A DNA stretch of 6,203 bases from a virus, in the IMG/VR virus record IMGVR_UViG_3300045988_009266, positions 1 through 6,203 of that record; one strand, 5' to 3'. Positions 1 through 4,754 of this stretch are shown in pieces. How positions within the stretch are numbered: the first letter of the stretch is position 1; every line of letters starts with the position of its first letter. The notes beneath the pieces were generated by a model, which saw only the letters and a program-made list of their open reading frames with translations, ran no database searches and was not told where the DNA came from. Made by a program: the position numbers and the translations under genes.

Positions 1-99
1 GTTGAAAAACGAACTAGAAGTAAAATCAGTTAAAGGAAACGAAAACAATATAGCAACACTAGCGCTAAGAAAATTTCTAGAGCGATGCAGAAAAAAAAC
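1..99. repeat. Terminal redundancy, copy 1 (identical to 6105..6203); wrap-around of a circular contig
   Basis: Base-by-base comparison shows that gttgaaaaacgaactagaag...agcgatgcagaaaaaaaac occurs at both window ends with offset 6104. Confidence 0.97.
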
Positions 100-769
100 A
101 GGAAAGTCACTAAAACACTGGTGCGTAACCGAGCTAGGAGAAGATAGAGGAAGAATACATTTACACGGGATATTCTTCGGAAACCAGGCAGCGGAGTTAG
201 TAATTGAAAAATGGAAATATGGGTATGTATTCATCGGTAATTTTGTAAACGAAAAAACAATCAACTACATCAGTAAATATATGCTGAAAGATGACTTAAA
301 CAATAGAGAATTTACAGGGAAAGTGTTAACGAGTGCAGGAATGGGGAAACAATATTTCGAACGCGGAGACTGGGAGTTTAACAAATACAACGGAAAGAAT
401 ACAAGAGAATACTACGTATTCAAGAACGGTACTAGAGCGATGATGCCAAGGTATTACAAAGACAAGATTTACAGCGAAGAAGAAAAAGAATTACTTTGGC
501 TACAGAAACTAGATAAAGGTGATACATGGGTGATGGGGGAAAAGTGTAAGATAGATTCAGATGAATATAAAAATCTTCTAAGTTACTACAGAGAACAAGC
601 AAAACAGATACACGGAGACAATATAGCTCTATGGAAGGAGAAACAATACTGGCGAAGACTGGAAAAACAACGAAGTATGTACAAAAAACGAAGAAATATG
701 AATGAATATATCGACAGACAAACAGCAAAGAGAATAAACAACTACGAAATTGGGTGTTGTCCGTTCTGA
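2..769 (+). CDS. Rolling-circle replication initiator protein (Microviridae VP4 / gene A-like), C-terminal 255 codons. The 5' part of the same gene is at 5869..6104 across the circular junction.
   Basis: The frame is open from the window edge to TGA 767..769. HUH motif II is RIHLHGIFF (HLH at 158..166). Motif III has two tyrosines spaced as in phiX174 protein A: NYISKYMLK (Y at 266..268 and 278..280). The leading M in the ORF track is an internal TTG (Leu) codon, not a start. The reading frame is continuous with ATG 5869 once the 6104-nt circle is closed. Confidence 0.9.
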   Translation: MKNELEVKSVKGNENNIATLALRKFLERCRKKTGKSLKHWCVTELGEDRGRIHLHGIFFGNQAAELVIEKWKYGYVFIGNFVNEKTINYISKYMLKDDLNNREFTGKVLTSAGMGKQYFERGDWEFNKYNGKNTREYYVFKNGTRAMMPRYYKDKIYSEEEKELLWLQKLDKGDTWVMGEKCKIDSDEYKNLLSYYREQAKQIHGDNIALWKEKQYWRRLEKQRSMYKKRRNMNEYIDRQTAKRINNYEIGCCPF

Positions 770-824
770 CGCACGAAAGTTCGCCATGCTCGAGATTCTC
801 GCTGTACTCGACAGACACGAAGGT

Positions 825-837
825 GTTGCTTCGCAAC
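825..837 (+). other. Small hairpin (5-bp stem GTTGC/GCAAC, loop TTC) in the GC-rich intergenic island
   Basis: Perfect complementarity between 825..829 and 833..837. Confidence 0.4.
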
Positions 838-894
838 TCATTATTTTCCTCACGTTGTTCGGCCGTTCCTCGCTCTCCCAGCTCGTCACTTAGG

Positions 895-918
895 CACGCT
901 CGACCCGGTCGAGACGTG
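895..918 (+). other. GC-rich hairpin (10 bp with one bulged A, triloop CCG)
   Basis: cacgctcgac (895..904) pairs with gtcgag-a-cgtg (908..918), with A914 bulged. Seven of the ten pairs are G:C. Confidence 0.6.
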
Positions 919-933
919 TAACAGCATCAGGCT

Positions 934-955
934 GTTCTTTGTCTCGGCAAAGAAC
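934..955 (+). other. Perfect 8-bp hairpin GTTCTTTG / CAAAGAAC with 6-nt loop TCTCGG
   Basis: 934..941 pairs with 948..955. A T6 run follows at 976..981, but it is 20 nt away, so this is not a canonical intrinsic terminator. Confidence 0.6.
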
Positions 956-998
956 CAAACCGACCCCTTCTCTCATTTTTTATTAGCAATGCTGATGG

Positions 999-1022
999 AG
1001 AAGTGTTAAAGAAGTGTTAAAG
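999..1022 (+). repeat. Tandem direct repeat, 11-nt unit agaagtgttaa x 2.2
   Basis: The units 999..1009 and 1010..1020 are identical, followed by a partial third unit, ag. The repeat ends 12 nt upstream of the predicted -33 promoter element. Confidence 0.85.
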
Positions 1023-1033
1023 TCAGTCATTTA

Positions 1034-1065
1034 TTTGGTTGGCTTATGTTTTTGTATTATCTTTG
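1034..1065 (+). promoter_or_regulatory. Candidate Bacteroidetes-type promoter: -33 TTTG (1034..1037) and -7 TAnnTTTG (TATCTTTG, 1058..1065)
   Basis: Both elements match the published Bacteroides sigma-AB consensus exactly, with a 20-nt spacer. The predicted transcription start near 1072 would give a leader of about 43 nt to the first cassette ORF (ATG 1115). This is a motif match only. Confidence 0.4.
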
Positions 1066-1114
1066 TGGTGTGAGAAAAAGATAAACACCATTAAATAACA
1101 AAAAACTTACAATT

Positions 1115-1327
1115 ATGGAAAAAGAAATAGAAATAAGAGCTAAAGAAAGCGACTCATACAAGCTAATCCTCAAACTAGAATTAAACGAAGAGGACGAAGA
1201 GTTGTTGAAGAAAAGACTTCACTTACTTGCGTTATGGCCAAAATTAAGCAATGAACAGGGAGAAGTGATTGAAACAATATTCGGATATTATTGGTACAAA
1301 AATTGTGAAATCAATATAATTAAATAA
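1115..1327 (+). CDS. Hypothetical small protein (70 aa), first gene of the accessory cassette
   Basis: ATG-initiated ORF about 45 nt downstream of the predicted promoter. It is acidic and helical-looking (EEDEELLKKRL). Its TAA stop is fused to the next start in TAATATG (1325..1331). It is on the same strand as all hallmark genes. I recognise no family. Confidence 0.55.
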   Translation: MEKEIEIRAKESDSYKLILKLELNEEDEELLKKRLHLLALWPKLSNEQGEVIETIFGYYWYKNCEINIIK

Positions 1328-1328
1328 T

Positions 1329-1550
1329 ATGAATAAGATTTACAGCGTTTTAAGAATAGATGATTGGGGTAAAGCCCAATCAGTCTACGAAGGAAGAATT
1401 AGAGATTGTAAAAAAAGTTTAGAGACAATCGAAAAGGAATATCGACAAAGAGGCTGGGAGACAAAATTATACGATTACACGCTAATCATAAAATCAGCGA
1501 CATCAAATTACAAACAATATATCTACTTAATTCACGAACCTGAATTTTAA
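1329..1550 (+). CDS. Hypothetical small protein (73 aa)
   Basis: ATG lies 1 nt after the upstream stop, and the ORF ends in a second TAATATG junction (1548..1554). The composition is balanced and globular-like. I recognise no family. Confidence 0.55.
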   Translation: MNKIYSVLRIDDWGKAQSVYEGRIRDCKKSLETIEKEYRQRGWETKLYDYTLIIKSATSNYKQYIYLIHEPEF

Positions 1551-1551
1551 T

Positions 1552-1743
1552 ATGAGAAACAAGACAATAGCGGTGATTGCCGACAAAGAGACGGGAGTCA
1601 TCAAATCAATAGAAACAGAAGTAATCATCTTACAGAAGGAATTAGAATCTGAAATGAGATGGGAATGCATGGAAGCTATTAAGAGGCTTATAAACAAAAA
1701 GAAATACAAAATTATTAACATAAATACTTACTTTTATGACTAA
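1552..1743 (+). CDS. Hypothetical small protein (63 aa)
   Basis: ATG lies 1 nt after the upstream stop. The 3' end overlaps the next start by 8 nt (ATGACTAA, 1736..1743), which suggests translational coupling. I recognise no family. Confidence 0.5.
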   Translation: MRNKTIAVIADKETGVIKSIETEVIILQKELESEMRWECMEAIKRLINKKKYKIININTYFYD

Positions 1744-1930
1744 AGAACAGAAAGAAAAATTAATTACAGCAGTGGTTACATTCATCACCACAGTATTAAG
1801 CATCCTATTTTTACAGGCGTGCACAATGAGTATGAGTATCGCGAAAAACAATAACGGTACTTTTGAACAAAGACATGAAAACAGTACTAGTGTGGACAGT
1901 ACAAAGATTAATAACAATTTTAATAAGTAA
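1736..1930 (+). CDS. Putative small lipoprotein (64 aa precursor, about 36 aa mature); candidate lysis or superinfection-exclusion factor
   Basis: The N-terminus is MTKEQKEK (charged n-region), then LITAVVTFITTVLSILFL (18-residue hydrophobic h-region), then the lipobox-like L-Q-A-C with Cys29 at 1820..1822. A polar, Asn/Ser/Thr-rich tail follows. This is the signal peptidase II architecture read directly from the translation. Confidence 0.55.
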   Translation: MTKEQKEKLITAVVTFITTVLSILFLQACTMSMSIAKNNNGTFEQRHENSTSVDSTKINNNFNK

Positions 1931-1935
1931 AAATT

Positions 1936-2172
1936 ATGGAAAAAAACGGAATGAACCTATTCAGAATCGAAAAAACAAAAGTAAACGAAGAGGAAAGATT
2001 CGTAATTGTGTGCGGAAAATATCGCGCATCAAAAGTGGAATTCAAAACAAAAGAAAATGCAGAAGACTACATTGCAAACATGATAGATTGGGACATGTTA
2101 GTGACCATTGTAGGACAACTAAGCGAGTATATTGCAGAAAAAAAAGTAAACGAAATGTTAAATAATAAATAA
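1936..2172 (+). CDS. Hypothetical small protein (78 aa)
   Basis: ATG ORF starting 5 nt after the previous stop and ending 8 nt before the VP1 start. It has a balanced mix of hydrophobic and charged residues (FVIVCGKYRASKVEFKTKENAEDYIANMIDWDMLVTIVGQL). I recognise no family. Confidence 0.55.
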   Translation: MEKNGMNLFRIEKTKVNEEERFVIVCGKYRASKVEFKTKENAEDYIANMIDWDMLVTIVGQLSEYIAEKKVNEMLNNK

Positions 2173-2180
2173 GCAAGACT

Positions 2181-4193
2181 ATGGTTAAAAAAACTATCGG
2201 AAAAAACACGCTTGGGGATAACAACAAGATGAAAGTCGCTATGCGTGACTATGAGAGAAGTACACACAACCTCTCGTACATTTGGAGAAACACGCAAGCA
2301 CCAGGAACACTAGTTCCTTGCATGAAAATCTTAGCAACACCAGGTACAACATACAAGATTAAGGCAAACAGTCACATTCTAACACATCCTACTGTAGGAC
2401 CTCTATTCGGAAGTTACAAGTTTCAGATGGACATCTTTACGGTGCCTATCAGACTATACAATGCACTCCTTCACAATAACGCATTAAATGTAGGACTTGA
2501 TATGGCTAAAGTGAAATTTCCAAAATTTGCCATAACATTAGGGAAAGATAGTTCTAAAACTCCATGGAGCAGCAGCAGCCTATTAGCTTATCTAGGGTTT
2601 AGAAACAAGGGTCGAGAATTCTCAGATTCACTAGATTTCGTGCATAAATTTAATGCCATTCCCGCAATCGCATATTATGACATTTTTAAAAATTACTATG
2701 CGAACAAACAGGAAGAAAATTTCTACACAATCGGACTAGGCCAAACAGTAGAATTACCTTATCCAAATAATCAAAGCAATCCGATAAAAGTAATGATTAA
2801 ACCTGGGGGAGGGGCAGAATGGACTTTATCAAAAGCAAACTCAATCGATACTTATACCATAAAAACAGGATATGATTCTGCAATTATAGAAGTCGGGGAA
2901 TCCGTATTCCCTGCTAATGGAGATATAGAAGATTTAGTATTACTAGGTGAATATGGAGGGAAGCCAGGCAGTTCAACGCAATACGTGCAAATTACGGCGA
3001 AACAAGCAGCAGGAAACAAGAGAATCGAATATGCTAATAAAATCTGGCAGATACCATTCACTATAACAGACGACCCTAACAACAGAATATTTACGCTCAA
3101 AGCGATTAAAACATCAGGAGCAATTTCGCTAAAGTCTCATCCGTTAGAGGACATTGATAAGACTAGAGAAGAAATACTATCACTAGGCAGTCAAGAAGGG
3201 TTAATTCAATTCGAGAGAGGAAAAGGGAATATTACTCAAGAATACCTTAAAGACCTTATTCAAGTAGGATCAGAATTTTACAGCTCAAATCCTCAAATGG
3301 GACTAGTTGTAAAAACTTATCAATCAGATATTTTTAACAATTGGATTAATACAGAATGGATTGACGGAGAAAACGGAATCAATGCAATTACAGCGGTAGA
3401 CGTATCAGACGGGAAATTAGAATTAGACACACTGATTTTAGCGAAGAAGGTTTATAATATGCTGAACCGAATCGCAATCAGTGGAGGTACTTATAATGAT
3501 TGGATTGAAACAGTATATACAACCGATTACGTAAGTAGAAGCGAAATTCCCGAATATCAAGGGGGTATGTCTAGCGAAATTCAATTCCAGGAAGTTGTAA
3601 GTAATAGCGCAGCAGAAGGAGAACCGTTAGGAACACTAGCAGGTCGAGGAATTAACGTCGGCAAGAAAGGGGGAGACATCACAGTAAAAGTTACAGAGCC
3701 GTGTTATCTAATTGGTATATGCAGTATTACGCCAAGAGTAGATTACTCTCAAGGAAATGATTTTGACATTATGTTAGACAATCTTGACCAAATTCACAAA
3801 CCGCAACTTGACCAAATCGGATTCCAAGATTTAGTTACATGGAAGATGGACGCGAACCAAATTAAGTGGGTGAATGGGGTGCTAAAAGAGTATAGCGTAG
3901 GTAAGCAACCTGCGTGGATTGATTACATGACAAATTATAACAAAACATATGGAAACTTCGCTGTAGGAGAATCAGAGGCATTTATGGTCTTAAACAGAAT
4001 CTATCAAACAGAATGGGTCTCAAACGCCGGAAGCAACACGCCGAAACTGAACAGCTCAACATACATTGACCCGCAAGCGTATAACTATGTATTCGCAGAC
4101 ACAGACTTACAAAGTATGAATTTTTGGGTACAAATCGGATTCGATATCGAGGCTCGAATTGTAATGAGTGCCAAAGTAATGCCAACACTTTAA
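2181..4193 (+). CDS. Major capsid protein VP1 (Microviridae F-protein family), 670 aa
   Basis: Longest ORF in the window. As I recall them, the conserved microvirus capsid blocks are present: THNLSYIWRNTQAPGTLVP, FGSYKFQMDIFTVPIRLY, IPAIAYYDIFKNYYAN, PEYQGGMSSEIQFQEVVSNS, PLGTLAGRG, EPCYLIGICSITPRVDYSQGN, QPAWIDY and the C-terminal FWVQIGFDIEARIVMS. An alternative start at Met17 (2229) cannot be excluded. Confidence 0.95.
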   Translation: MVKKTIGKNTLGDNNKMKVAMRDYERSTHNLSYIWRNTQAPGTLVPCMKILATPGTTYKIKANSHILTHPTVGPLFGSYKFQMDIFTVPIRLYNALLHNNALNVGLDMAKVKFPKFAITLGKDSSKTPWSSSSLLAYLGFRNKGREFSDSLDFVHKFNAIPAIAYYDIFKNYYANKQEENFYTIGLGQTVELPYPNNQSNPIKVMIKPGGGAEWTLSKANSIDTYTIKTGYDSAIIEVGESVFPANGDIEDLVLLGEYGGKPGSSTQYVQITAKQAAGNKRIEYANKIWQIPFTITDDPNNRIFTLKAIKTSGAISLKSHPLEDIDKTREEILSLGSQEGLIQFERGKGNITQEYLKDLIQVGSEFYSSNPQMGLVVKTYQSDIFNNWINTEWIDGENGINAITAVDVSDGKLELDTLILAKKVYNMLNRIAISGGTYNDWIETVYTTDYVSRSEIPEYQGGMSSEIQFQEVVSNSAAEGEPLGTLAGRGINVGKKGGDITVKVTEPCYLIGICSITPRVDYSQGNDFDIMLDNLDQIHKPQLDQIGFQDLVTWKMDANQIKWVNGVLKEYSVGKQPAWIDYMTNYNKTYGNFAVGESEAFMVLNRIYQTEWVSNAGSNTPKLNSSTYIDPQAYNYVFADTDLQSMNFWVQIGFDIEARIVMSAKVMPTL

Positions 4194-4204
4194 TATTTTA
4201 TAAC

Positions 4205-4543
4205 ATGAAAAAAGTAGGAATTAATTACAGAAGCAAATTAGAAACAAAGCTAGTAGAAGGCGAAAGGCTTGAATTAAAAATTGACAGAATGACGCAAAAC
4301 AACGAACCTATCGGAGATAGCACGCCACTAATCTACACACCAAGGAAAGACGGAGTAATAGCAGCGTACGACATCCGTACAGATAAGTGGGATATTGCCT
4401 TAGATGCGATGGAGAAGGTTAATCGAACAAGAGGTAAGATATCAGAGCTAGGTGGTATGCGTGAAGCGAAGAAGAGTATTGACGAAGAAGCTAAGAAAGC
4501 CGTAGCCGACGGTGCAATTGATTCAAAAAATGAACTCAATTAG
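4205..4543 (+). CDS. Internal scaffolding protein VP3 (112 aa)
   Basis: The segment PLIYTPRKDGVIAAYDIRTDKWDIALDAMEKV resembles the conserved VP3 core of gokusho/alpa-type microviruses (..DIRTD.[FW][DE]IA..). I chose ATG 4205, 11 nt after the VP1 stop. The track start at 4124 would overlap VP1 by 70 nt and adds a Cys/Asn/Arg-rich stretch that does not look protein-like. Confidence 0.75.
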   Translation: MKKVGINYRSKLETKLVEGERLELKIDRMTQNNEPIGDSTPLIYTPRKDGVIAAYDIRTDKWDIALDAMEKVNRTRGKISELGGMREAKKSIDEEAKKAVADGAIDSKNELN

Positions 4544-4546
4544 CAT

Positions 4547-4675
4547 GTACCACTTTAGTGAGACAAGCTCATACGTGTGAAGTGAACGACCATTAAAACC
4601 GAAGATTCCGCGGGGACGCACGGCATAGATTGTCCAATAAGTTTACCGCGGAATCCTCTTTAAAGAGGGTGGTAC
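4547..4675 (+). other. Multi-helix structured intergenic element (candidate ssDNA replication/priming signal or structured RNA)
   Basis: P1 is GTACCAC (4547..4553) paired with GTGGTAC (4669..4675), 7 bp. P2 is GATTCCGCGG (4604..4613) paired with CCGCGGAATC (4646..4655), a perfect 10 bp, extended by GGAC (4614..4617) with GTCC (4632..4635). P3 is the palindrome CCTCTTTAAAGAGG (4655..4668). P2, P3 and the 3' strand of P1 abut with 0-1 nt linkers. I counted 42 G+C of 80 nt (52%) over 4601..4680. Confidence 0.65.
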
Positions 4676-4709
4676 GCACGTAGCATATATTATCTAGTTA
4701 TAATGTGGG

Positions 4710-4726
4710 GCTCTTTTAGAAAGAGC
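4710..4726 (+). other. Hairpin GCTCTTT / AAAGAGC (7 bp, loop TAG) 28 nt upstream of the VP2 start
   Basis: Perfect complementarity between 4710..4716 and 4720..4726. No U-tract follows, so I do not call it a terminator. Confidence 0.5.
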
Positions 4727-4754
4727 GAAATCAATGTAAAAAATTATTATTATT

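Noticed and set aside
432-889. Minus-strand ORFs of 134 aa (432..836) and 86 aa (629..889) antisense to Rep and the GC-rich island
   Set aside because: They lie antisense to a confidently identified Rep gene. Their products are Phe/Leu/Ser/Cys-rich and low in complexity, as expected from the complement of A-rich coding sequence. Known Microviridae express a single strand. The same reasoning applies to every other minus-strand ORF in the track: 1527..1721, 1642..1917, 2042..2227, 2067..2297, 2852..3100, 3982..4188, 4333..4539, 4694..4921, 4925..5266 and 4939..5142.
992-998. CTGATGG, resembling the hammerhead ribozyme CUGAUGA box
   Set aside because: The last core position is G rather than A. 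I could not find a correctly placed GAAA box, flanking helices I-III or a cleavage-site triplet.
767-1009. Possible TGA read-through or recoding of the Rep stop: the frame stays open for 79 more codons to TAA 1007..1009
   Set aside because: The extension is Arg/Cys/His/Thr-rich (RTKVRHARDSRCTRQTRRCCFATHYF...) and does not look like protein. The stretch is about 54% G+C, so long stop-free runs are expected in several frames, and the minus-strand ORFs cross it too. No other gene needs TGA recoding. The Rep catalytic motifs are all upstream of the stop.
2495-2503. ACTTGATAT, a 9/9 match to the core of the phiX174 origin nick region (CAACTTG^ATATTAATAAC)
   Set aside because: It matches only 9 nt of a 30-nt origin, with a chance expectation of a few percent per genome. 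It lies inside VP1 rather than in Rep or an intergenic region. The Rep here is too divergent from phiX174 protein A to assume the same specificity. It may be worth a nicking assay, but the sequence alone does not support it.
4124-4204. Upstream extension of the VP3 ORF (track start at 4124, overlapping the VP1 3' end)
   Set aside because: The extra 27 residues (MGTNRIRYRGSNCNECQSNANTLIFYN) overlap VP1 out of frame and look compositionally random. ATG 4205 sits just after the VP1 stop and gives a VP3 of typical size.
4684-4708. AT-rich segment gcatatattatctagttataatgtgg as a possible XerC/XerD dif-like attachment site (Bacteroidetes microvirus proviruses are thought to use host Xer recombination)
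   Set aside because: The arms around the central CTAG are not inverted repeats (TTAT occurs on both sides in direct orientation), and there is no CATAA-N6-TTATG core. A second candidate, CATAAA-N8-TTTATG at 1719..1738, is a 6-bp inverted repeat inside coding sequence in an AT-rich genome and is easily explained by chance. No integrase is encoded, so lysogeny cannot be inferred from this window.
4743-4754. (ATT)4 microsatellite directly upstream of the VP2 start codon
   Set aside because: This is a very short low-complexity A/T run. It fits the unstructured A/U-rich leaders used by Shine-Dalgarno-less Bacteroidetes genes and is not a distinct element.
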